DNA from: Candidatus Altimarinota bacterium
GTDB taxonomy: Bacteria > Patescibacteriota > Gracilibacteria > JBDHUY01
Assembly: GCA_039809385.1 (NCBI GenBank)
Contig: JBDHUY010000001.1
Coordinates: 134,757 to 198,756, forward strand
Direction: 5' to 3'
DNA length: 64,000 nucleotides
In this document: in pieces, positions 6,331 to 14,651 of the stretch
Position numbering within the stretch: the stretch's first letter is position 1
How the letters are laid out: each line of letters starts with the position of its first letter
Position numbers and translations under genes: made by a program
The notes under the pieces: generated by a model
Databases searched by the model: none
Told to the model about the DNA's origin: nothing
Seen by the model: the letters and a program-made list of their open reading frames with translations, nothing else

Positions 6331-8823
6331 ATGAAGACCCGTTCGCGTTTTATCCTCATCCTGATCGTATTTGTATTTTCCTTGCTGGTAGCGTTGCCTT
6401 CAAGCGTAAAAACCACCGCCTTCCGCGCGGTAGGACTGGAGAGTAACGGGGTTGCCCAGTGGTTGAGCAACCAGCAGATCAGCCTCGGACTGGATTTACA
6501 GGGAGGTACGCAGCTCGATTACAAAGTCGACCTCAGAGACGTCCCCCAAAGAGATCGAAACCAGGTCATCGAGGGAGTCAAAGCCGTATTTGAAAAACGA
6601 GTTAACGGTCTGGGAGTATCCGAACCGAATATCTATACCTCCGTGGTAGGCAATGAAGAGCATATTATCGTTGAACTCGCCGGTATTACCGATATCAATG
6701 AGGCAAAAGCCACGATCGGGAAGGTGATTCAGCTCGAATTCAAAGTACAGAACGATGCCCAGGAATCGGATCAAAAGAGCCAGATCAAAAAGCAAGCCGA
6801 AGCGGTCCTGGTAGAAGCCAAAGCTAGCCCTCAAAACTTCGAGACGATCGGCAAGGAAAACGAAAAAGCCAGCCGGGTCGAGTACAAACAGGAAAGCAAC
6901 TTTCTGGACGCTGCTCCCGGTCCTGTCCAGAAAATTCTTCCCACGCTGGCTGAGAATCAGGTGAATCCGGAACTGGAGGAAGGCCAAACCGAGAGCACGT
7001 TCGAATTTGTAGACGGACAGGTACGGGAAGTACCGGCCAAGCAGGGGTACTTTATTGTAAAAGGCATATCCAGCGAACCGGTTTTGCGACCCGATCCTAA
7101 AAATGCGGAAGATTTTCTAAAGGCAGGTCAGGAAGTATCGACTGACAAAAAAGTAGACCTCGGCTTCGTGCGCAAAGGAGACTTGGATCCCGAACTTCAG
7201 GACAAAGTATTTTCCCTCTCGGCCGGCAATATTTCGGATGTCCTGGAAACATCCAAAGGCTACTATATTGCCAAACTGGTTCAGACGCTTCCTAAGGACG
7301 AGGAAATGATCCGGGCGGATAGTATCCTGATCAAACTCAAACCGGAACAACCGACCAAGACCATCGATGCCAGTCTACCCGATGCCGAAAAGCAGAAATT
7401 GGAAGAAGAAAATACAAAGATTCTGGCTGACAACGGGAGTGCCAAAAAATATAACGAGGAGGAAGCACCGAAACGAGCGCAGGAAGCCCTGGAAAAAGCC
7501 AAAGCCGATCCTGGCAGTTTTGCCGAGTTGGTAAATCAATATTCCGACGATACCGCCGCGAAGGCACACGGAGGCGATATGGGTTTCTTTACGAAAGACC
7601 AGCGCGCTCCCGAAATCGCGGAAAAAGCCTTTGGCGCCAATAAGGGCGACCTGATTCCGGAAGCAATCAAAACCAGCGAAGGATACTATATCCTGCGCGT
7701 AACCGATAAAAAGGCCAAAGACGAAGAGATTGCCCGGGTTCAGATGATTCAGATCTGTGGAAACGAGCAAACCGGCTGTACGGCAAGCCTAAGTAAGAGC
7801 GAAGCCAAAACCAAAGCCGACGAGACCCTCAAACGAGTGCGGGAAGAAAAGAAATACACCTATGCCTACATTTACTTTTCAACCAATCCTGATCCGTGGA
7901 AACCGGCTCTGGCCACGAATCCTATCACCAAAGAACAAGAACCGCTGACCGGAAAATTCTTCAAACGGGCCGATCTGCAATACGATTCGCGCACCTTCGA
8001 ACCTGTCGTAGTTATCTCGTTTAACGACGAAGGCGCCAAAATGTTCGAAGAGTTAACCGGCCGCTTGGTCAATCAACCTCTCGCTATTTTCGTCGGAGGA
8101 GAACTGATTTCGGCTCCGACGGTCAACGACAAGATCAGCGGGGGAAACGCGACCATCTCGGGACGATTCAGCGACGAGGAAGCCGCTAAATTACAGCGTG
8201 ATTTGAATGCCGGCGCGATCCCGGCTCCGATTACGCTGGTCGGCGAACAGGAGATCGGCGGATCGGTCGGGACCGAGGCTCTCAATGCCTCGCTGAAGGC
8301 CGGATTGATCGGCATACTAGTACTGATTCTCTTCATGATTTTGTATTACCGACTACCTGGTTTGATCGCCAGCTTAGCTTTAGGGCTCTATGTAATTGTT
8401 TTCATTGCTTTCATCAAACTCTGGCCCGGCATGGTCATGACCCTGGCCGGAATTGCCGGTGTGATCCTGTCGATCGGTGTAGCGGTAGACGGCAATATTC
8501 TCATATTCGAACGCGTACGTGAAGAGCTTTCTCTTGGCAAGACGCTGAATGCGGCACTGAAAGCCGGATTTGAACGAGCCTGGACTTCGATCCGGGATTC
8601 CAACTCGTCTTCGATTTTGACCGCAATCATCCTGTTGTGGTTTGGAACCAGCATTATCAAAGGATTTGCCTTCATGCTGATCGTCGGCGTAGTCTTGAGC
8701 TTATTCAGCGCCATCTACGTAACCAGAACGTTACTATACGTTTTCAATACGTCGCGGTTTGAAAAGAACCTGTTCCTGTGGGGAGCCAAGAAACCGGTCG
8801 CCGAAGAAGGCAAGAAGAAATGA
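6331..8823 (+). CDS. secD: Protein translocase subunit SecD with inserted parvulin/rotamase domains
   Basis: LGLDLQGG, KRVNGLGVSEP, LISAPTV, LNAGAIPAP, GVAVDGNILIFERVREE, IRDSN. Probable start is ATG 6331 rather than TTG 6091. Confidence 0.95.
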   Translation: MKTRSRFILILIVFVFSLLVALPSSVKTTAFRAVGLESNGVAQWLSNQQISLGLDLQGGTQLDYKVDLRDVPQRDRNQVIEGVKAVFEKRVNGLGVSEPNIYTSVVGNEEHIIVELAGITDINEAKATIGKVIQLEFKVQNDAQESDQKSQIKKQAEAVLVEAKASPQNFETIGKENEKASRVEYKQESNFLDAAPGPVQKILPTLAENQVNPELEEGQTESTFEFVDGQVREVPAKQGYFIVKGISSEPVLRPDPKNAEDFLKAGQEVSTDKKVDLGFVRKGDLDPELQDKVFSLSAGNISDVLETSKGYYIAKLVQTLPKDEEMIRADSILIKLKPEQPTKTIDASLPDAEKQKLEEENTKILADNGSAKKYNEEEAPKRAQEALEKAKADPGSFAELVNQYSDDTAAKAHGGDMGFFTKDQRAPEIAEKAFGANKGDLIPEAIKTSEGYYILRVTDKKAKDEEIARVQMIQICGNEQTGCTASLSKSEAKTKADETLKRVREEKKYTYAYIYFSTNPDPWKPALATNPITKEQEPLTGKFFKRADLQYDSRTFEPVVVISFNDEGAKMFEELTGRLVNQPLAIFVGGELISAPTVNDKISGGNATISGRFSDEEAAKLQRDLNAGAIPAPITLVGEQEIGGSVGTEALNASLKAGLIGILVLILFMILYYRLPGLIASLALGLYVIVFIAFIKLWPGMVMTLAGIAGVILSIGVAVDGNILIFERVREELSLGKTLNAALKAGFERAWTSIRDSNSSSILTAIILLWFGTSIIKGFAFMLIVGVVLSLFSAIYVTRTLLYVFNTSRFEKNLFLWGAKKPVAEEGKKK

Positions 8824-9179
8824 TGTACTGCCTTTGACCTTCAATGCTTTCTTCCCTCAGCACAAACTTTAGACTTTTGTCCCGACCTCCTATGTCCCCT
8901 GCTATAAACTGTTAGCTGTAAGTTGTTCACTAGCTCCCCTTGCATCCTGCTCCTTATTTTGGTTTAATAAGCGGGATGTTTCTCTTTTTATTTATTTTTA
9001 TCTCTTTTCCGGTCGGGATCGTACAATCCTCCCAGGGAAAACAAGCAGGAAGAATAAAGCATCCAGGGATAAGGAAAAATGTTTTATACATACTACCTTA
9101 TACCTAATACTTTATACTATTGTCTCCCGGGCCCCAGTACGAAACGAACGATCACGGAAATAACTTTTAAGGATGTGTT

Positions 9180-9923
9180 ATGCAGATCACCACGGATGAC
9201 CTCATCGGTCACGCAGTCCATTTCGGACTGAAAACCCAACGCTGGGATCCGAAGATGAAGGAATTCATCGCCGGAAGCAGCAAAGGCATTCATATTTTCG
9301 ACGTCGAAACCCAGAAACAAAAACTGGAAGAAGCGTTTAATTTTATCGTAAAAACCGCCCAGGAAGGAAAAAACTTCCTGCTGATCGGTACGAAGCTGCA
9401 AGTCAGCGACCTAACCGCAGAACTGGGCAAAGAACTGTCCATGCCTTATGTAAACCATAAATGGACGCCCGGCTTTCTCACCAATTTCGAGACCAGCCGC
9501 CGCCGTATCAAATACCTGCACGATATCGAACAAATGGAGGACAGCGGCGACATCGAGAAATATACCAAAAAAGAACAATCGAAACTGATGAAAGAAAAGA
9601 ACGATCTGCTCTACGCTCTTTCGGGAGTAAAGCAGATGGACAAATTGCCCGATGTGGTGATTATCATCGACGGCAAAAAAGAGCATATCGCTTTGCGTGA
9701 AGCCAAAAACCTTGGGATGCATATTGTCTGCTTTCTCAATTCCAACGGAAACCCGGACGGAGTGCACTACCCGGTTCCGGGAAACGTGAACGCCATTCGC
9801 TCGCTCAAATACCTCCTGCCTCTGGTAAAAGACGCTTACGCGCGCGGACGACACCTCAAACCGCGGGGCAAAGGAGAAGAGACGGGCAAAGCTCAGGCAC
9901 CTGTAGCGGCAGAAACAGACTAG
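9180..9923 (+). CDS. rpsB: 30S ribosomal protein S2
   Basis: VHFGLKTQRWDPKM, LIGTK, YVNHKWTPGFLTNF, LPDVVIIID, PVPGN. Confidence 0.95.
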   Translation: MQITTDDLIGHAVHFGLKTQRWDPKMKEFIAGSSKGIHIFDVETQKQKLEEAFNFIVKTAQEGKNFLLIGTKLQVSDLTAELGKELSMPYVNHKWTPGFLTNFETSRRRIKYLHDIEQMEDSGDIEKYTKKEQSKLMKEKNDLLYALSGVKQMDKLPDVVIIIDGKKEHIALREAKNLGMHIVCFLNSNGNPDGVHYPVPGNVNAIRSLKYLLPLVKDAYARGRHLKPRGKGEETGKAQAPVAAETD

Positions 9924-10068
9924 AATATAGTATTACATATCTGGTATCTGACTGCTATGGCTGATTCTCTGTTTTAGACTAAGTACTAGGCACTATGTAC
10001 TGTTGCCTGTTTAGCTGACAGCTTGTCCCCATCACTTTGCATTTTGCACTTTAGATTTTGCACTATCT

Positions 10069-10413
10069 ATGTCCCCTGAAACGCCGCCGCCTACAAACCA
10101 GCCGCCACTGCTTAACCCTGCTCCCGACGAGACTGAAAAATTGCTCTCGGCAATTGGATATTTGGGATTGCTATGTGTTTTACCCCTAGTCCTGCGGCGC
10201 GAAAGCAAGTTTTGCCAGCATCACGGCAAACAAGCGCTGGTCTTGGCTATTTTTGACTTGGGACTGCGCTTAACGGTATTCCTGGGGTGGCTCTACGGCC
10301 TGGTAACCCTGCTCTACTACGGACTGATCGTCTACTGCATGATTCGGGTCTTCCGGGGATCATACTTCCGGCTCCCGGTCGTCGCGGATATGGCAGACAG
10401 TCTGAAATTTTAA
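10069..10413 (+). CDS. Small membrane protein (DUF4870/Tic20-like)
   Basis: LSAIGYLG...SKFCQHHGKQAL...GSYFRLPVV pattern with three hydrophobic segments. Confidence 0.65.
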   Translation: MSPETPPPTNQPPLLNPAPDETEKLLSAIGYLGLLCVLPLVLRRESKFCQHHGKQALVLAIFDLGLRLTVFLGWLYGLVTLLYYGLIVYCMIRVFRGSYFRLPVVADMADSLKF

Positions 10414-10503
10414 CTGCAGATCGGAACGCAGAAAAGGGAGTAATACTCCAGTCATTCTGAGCGAAGCGAAGAATCTACCTTTTAACTTTATAAACATACA
10501 TCT

Positions 10504-11274
10504 ATGGAAATTTCCGCATCAATGGTCATGCAACTACGCGAAAAGACCGGCGTTTCGATGATGGCTTGTAAAAAAGCCCTGACCGAAGCCAACGGCGAGA
10601 TGGAAAAAGCTGTCGAGATCTTACGCAAAAGCGGCGAAGCCAAAGCCGCCAGTAAAGCCGACCGGGTTACCCACGAAGGTCGCATTTTTATGAAAAGCAA
10701 CGGGAACGAACTGGGCATCGTCGGGATTGCCTGCGAGACCGATTTCGTCGCGCGCAACGAAGATTTCGGTCATCTGGGAGAAGCTGTTCTGGACGTCTTG
10801 CTAAATGAGGGCGAAGAAGCCGCCAAGACCAAAGCCGATCAAATGATCAAAGAACTGATCGTCAAATTAGGCGAGAATATGTCTCTTACGATAGCCAAGA
10901 AAGTGTCGGGACATACGTGGGGATTGTATGTTCACAGTAACAATAAACTGGGTGCCTTTGTTTCGCTCGCCTCGGGAACAGACGATCAGGCCAAAGACGT
11001 CGCTATGCATGTAGCGGCCACAAATCCGCAGTTTCTAAGCCCAGATGACGTAGATCAGGTGGCAGTCGACAAGGAAGTCGAAATCATGAAAGAGCAGCTG
11101 AAAAACGAAGGCAAACCCGAAAACATCTGGGACAAGATTCTGGAAGGAAAAGTCAAAAAATTCCGGGAAGAGCGGGCACTGCTCACCCAGCCATTTGTAA
11201 AAGATCCTTCCATGACGATCGAAAAGTATTTGAACGGAGTAGCGGTGGAAAAGTTTGAGTATGTGGCGTTGTAA
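10504..11274 (+). CDS. tsf: Elongation factor Ts
   Basis: LREKTGVSMMACKKAL, CETDFVARN, DVAMHVAATNP, LLTQPFVKD. Confidence 0.97.
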   Translation: MEISASMVMQLREKTGVSMMACKKALTEANGEMEKAVEILRKSGEAKAASKADRVTHEGRIFMKSNGNELGIVGIACETDFVARNEDFGHLGEAVLDVLLNEGEEAAKTKADQMIKELIVKLGENMSLTIAKKVSGHTWGLYVHSNNKLGAFVSLASGTDDQAKDVAMHVAATNPQFLSPDDVDQVAVDKEVEIMKEQLKNEGKPENIWDKILEGKVKKFREERALLTQPFVKDPSMTIEKYLNGVAVEKFEYVAL

Positions 11275-11291
11275 ATAGTGAAAAGAACCTA

Positions 11292-11331
11292 TAAAAGATT
11301 CCTTCATGTTTTGCACGAAGGAATCTTTTTT
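11292..11331 (+). terminator. Intrinsic terminator after tsf
   Basis: AAAAGATTCCTTC...GAAGGAATCTTTTTT hairpin plus T tract. Confidence 0.8.
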
Positions 11332-11576
11332 GGGGTATGGCAGACTTTAGAGTATTTATACGATATAGTCAGCTCATGTAGCTTGCCGTAGAATAATAGG
11401 ACTCCAACGACAATAGAATCTTGTCTATATTTCAATCCCTCCGTCCTTTCTTGCGATGACACATTATCTTGAGTTAGCTATACCATACTCATTCGCTCAT
11501 TACGGCACGAGAATGAAAAAGTTCAAAATCTAAATAGCCTGAATTACGAAATAGACAAATGAATGGCTTTTCTAAG

Positions 11577-11724
11577 CGTCATTGCGAGGAGGTTTGTACT
11601 ATGCTTTTCAACAAGCTATTGACCAGACGAAGCAATGTGTGTCCCCTATCAGACAGTACATGAGATTGCTTCGTCTAGGAAGAATCGTCGAGATACTATT
11701 GTTCAAAGCTTCCTCGCAATGACG
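11577..11724. repeat. Nested palindromic REP/MITE-like element (GTCAT...ATGAC family)
   Basis: 14-bp terminal IR CGTCATTGCGAGGA / TCCTCGCAATGACG and inner IR AGACGAAGCAAT / ATTGCTTCGTCT. Confidence 0.8.
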
Positions 11725-11822
11725 GAGTTGCTCATCGTAAGACCAGGATAGATTTCCTAATTCAAGCTAAATACTAAATCCAAAGTTCAAACAGATCCCT
11801 AGCTCGATAGTAGACATTTGAA

Positions 11823-11883
11823 ATTTGAGTTTTGATATTTGACATTCTTTTGTCATTTGTCTGCCGCGGCGGATTGTGATTTG
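11823..11883 (-). repeat. 61-bp intergenic repeat, copy 1 (copy 2 at 25577..25637)
   Basis: Reverse complement matches 25577..25637 at 53 of 61 positions by manual alignment. Confidence 0.8.
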
Positions 11884-11934
11884 AATTTTTTCTGCTTATA
11901 CCAATGGATGCATTGTTTAAACTCGGCATCGGTA

Positions 11935-13650
11935 CTAGTAGAGACTTTGCAAATAACAGGCTTCGCAGTAGACGGACTCCGGTCTCCCGGGAGCATAACT
12001 GGTCTGAATGGAGGCAGCGCAACGATCGCAGGTACGAGACCACAGCCGGTGGGGATTTTTGAGTGCAAAACGATCGGTGTGGCGCTGGTCGGGATGGCGG
12101 CGCGGTAACGGAATATTATATTTGCGGTAAAACTCCAGTTCCTGCCGGATGATGCGGAATGGCTTTCCGGTAACCTCGCATTGAATCGCCCAGTTGAGCA
12201 GATTATCGGCAATCTCATAGATAGTATCCGGCAACTGGTCCGCCGGAATGATTTTTTCCACCTCCGGGCTGGGGCGTTCATAATCGCTCCAGTTATATCC
12301 CCGGGACAGAGCTTCCGAGCGGGTTAAAGGAAAATAGTCACTCGCAATCGTCTCGTTATATCCAAACGGCGACAGAGCGGGCGGGAAATATTCGCCCCAC
12401 TCGGGTATTCCCGCAGAAGTGACGTTTTTTTGCATATGTTCGATGATCTTCGGCACCAGTATCTCGTATTCTTGTTTGGTATATTGTTTGTTCAGAATAC
12501 AGTACCGGGCGCGTTTCAGGCCCACACAACCAAACAAATACGCCGATCCGTTCACGCAGGAATCGCAATACAGGCATTCCCGGGCATTGATCAAAAAAGA
12601 GCTGAACAGATTTCTATAGCCGGGAAATACTTGCGGGCCGACCTCGTACATCAGTTCGGTTCCCTCGCCCACTCCCGTAAAATCATAGACATCGTGTATC
12701 TGGTTCACGCTGAGAAACCCATATTTGCAATGCGAGATGCTGCTCTGCATTCCGTCGCTTTCAAAGATCCAGGCCGAGTCTTTGACATTCCTGATTTCGT
12801 CTCCGCTCGCATTGTCACACAAGGTCTGACGCGAGGCGACTCGAGGCATACGGGCACGTTCGATCTCAAATTTTTCGCGCCAATACCTGATTTTTTGATA
12901 GGAACCATTTATATTCTCGAGAATAAACTGCTCGAATTTTTCGGAAGAAACCGGCTGATTGAAAATGTGATACTCCTTGTTTCGAAGACCAACACACCCG
13001 AAACAATTGCGACATTGCCGGCAATCATACAGGAAATAGGAATCCGAACAATTCTCGCTGTAGCTAGAGTAAAAAAGGTTGTAACCGCCCTTACATTGAA
13101 CGCATTCGTAGCAATACTGCGAGTCGATCAGAAAATAAAAGTCGACGCACGATTGAACATAACGGCTATAGTGGCCATACAGACAGTTTTGGGCTTCGAA
13201 GCCGACTGTCATGTAGCAGTTCTTGCTATGGGCGATTTTGGTACAGTAATTGCAATTTTCAGACATCACGCGGTTTTGATTCATCCGCGGAACGGACAAA
13301 GATAGTTCCCGATATTGTTCAAAAAACGGCCGCGAAAAGTCAAAATCTCGTCCATAGTCGCGGGCATCCCAGCGGTCCGACCACCAGTAATCGGCACTCA
13401 CGACCGGAAAAGCATGGCCCGGCCGGTAAATAGAGAGAATCGGAGCTTGGGTAATGGCATCGACATCGTGGTAGAGTTGCCGTTCATTTGCCATGCACAT
13501 ACGCCGGGCGCTGCGACAGGGCGGACACACGGTCGGAGGCGGTACCAGATATTTTTTACCGGCAAATACCGGCGATACTTTTTCATAAAAAACCATATCT
13601 TCGTCCGCTATGTCAAAAACCGTTTTACACCAACGACAACTTCGATGCAT
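11935..13650 (-). CDS. Cys-rich zinc-ribbon/repeat protein typical of CPR genomes, function unknown
   Basis: CxxC pairs at both ends, repeated C..CFGCVGL....Y.I.N..Y blocks, SDRWDARDYGRDFDFSRPFFEQ, CEVTGKPFRIIRQELEFYRK. Probable start MHRSCRWC. Confidence 0.8.
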   Translation of the reverse strand: MHRSCRWCKTVFDIADEDMVFYEKVSPVFAGKKYLVPPPTVCPPCRSARRMCMANERQLYHDVDAITQAPILSIYRPGHAFPVVSADYWWSDRWDARDYGRDFDFSRPFFEQYRELSLSVPRMNQNRVMSENCNYCTKIAHSKNCYMTVGFEAQNCLYGHYSRYVQSCVDFYFLIDSQYCYECVQCKGGYNLFYSSYSENCSDSYFLYDCRQCRNCFGCVGLRNKEYHIFNQPVSSEKFEQFILENINGSYQKIRYWREKFEIERARMPRVASRQTLCDNASGDEIRNVKDSAWIFESDGMQSSISHCKYGFLSVNQIHDVYDFTGVGEGTELMYEVGPQVFPGYRNLFSSFLINARECLYCDSCVNGSAYLFGCVGLKRARYCILNKQYTKQEYEILVPKIIEHMQKNVTSAGIPEWGEYFPPALSPFGYNETIASDYFPLTRSEALSRGYNWSDYERPSPEVEKIIPADQLPDTIYEIADNLLNWAIQCEVTGKPFRIIRQELEFYRKYNIPLPRRHPDQRHTDRFALKNPHRLWSRTCDRCAASIQTSYAPGRPESVYCEACYLQSLY

Positions 13651-13919
13651 ACCAAGTATTAGTCTTAGGAATATCCCGGCAAACAAGACGAAAAAATTGT
13701 ACAGTGGAGTAGACAAAAGGACAATAGAGAAGGATGCTCCATGAAGCGATATATTGAGAAATCTATATAACTTCTTTTGAATAAGCCTGGCAACAGTCTT
13801 TTTTCTCAGAATTTAGGAATTTCTTATTTTAGGCTATTGCTTCAGGAAAAAAACTCTTGTACCGTTTTGGGCGGCAAGCTTTTTTGCCGTGTCGATTTTA
13901 TTTTTTAACCCTCCTTTGT

Positions 13920-14396
13920 ATGAAATACAAAGCATTTACCCTGGGGGTCGCTATATTATCACTTATTGTTGTAAGCTCCACGCTGCCGGCGCGCGGGCAA
14001 GACAGCGAAAAAACCAGAGAAGGTCCCGTATTGGCCCAACGAGCTTCGGGCGTCAAGAATCCGACGTGTCTGGATAATTATCTATCCTGGAACAATTCAA
14101 CGACGTACAAAACCACCTCCAGCTGGAATACGGCTTTTATGACCTCGTCGGTCATAGCGACTTTGGCGTCTGCCGGAAGCAATTCGCTGAACCCGATCAA
14201 TCAGCTACAAGATATTAACGGAGACGGTCTACCCGATTACGTTTATCTTCAAAAAGCCAACGATTTTACCGGTCAAAATCAGGCAGCGAGCGAAGCCAGC
14301 TGCGTTTATCTGAACAACGGAAATGGCTGGACCTTGACATACCGGTGCGTAGCAGACCCCACGAGCGGCAAATTTTACGGCGACTGCGCCGGATAA
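13920..14396 (+). CDS. Secreted protein with one FG-GAP/VCBS-like repeat
   Basis: Signal peptide MKYKAFTLGVAILSLIVVSS; LQDINGDGLPDYV...VYLNNGNGW; four Cys. Confidence 0.7.
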   Translation: MKYKAFTLGVAILSLIVVSSTLPARGQDSEKTREGPVLAQRASGVKNPTCLDNYLSWNNSTTYKTTSSWNTAFMTSSVIATLASAGSNSLNPINQLQDINGDGLPDYVYLQKANDFTGQNQAASEASCVYLNNGNGWTLTYRCVADPTSGKFYGDCAG

Positions 14397-14651
14397 GAAT
14401 CGCCACACACTTGCATCGGCATTCTATAAAACGATGTAGCTTGAACGCGATATTTCAAGATGTTCATACACATGAAACATTGCTCAAATGTATATGGGGG
14501 ATGATTCCAGCGAGCATCTGTGACGAAAAAATTACGCAACGAGCCTCGATCTCCTCTTTTTAAAAATCAAGAATGAAAACCGAGTAGAACTTTTTTCCAG
14601 CACTACGAAGGCACACAAATCGATGATTCTATAACTTTATTTCTCCTCTCT

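Noticed and set aside
8975-9180. Structured RNA upstream of rpsB (S2 autoregulatory leader or SRP RNA)
   Set aside because: A hairpin is possible near 9005-9040, but I could not match a known consensus; a covariance-model search is needed.
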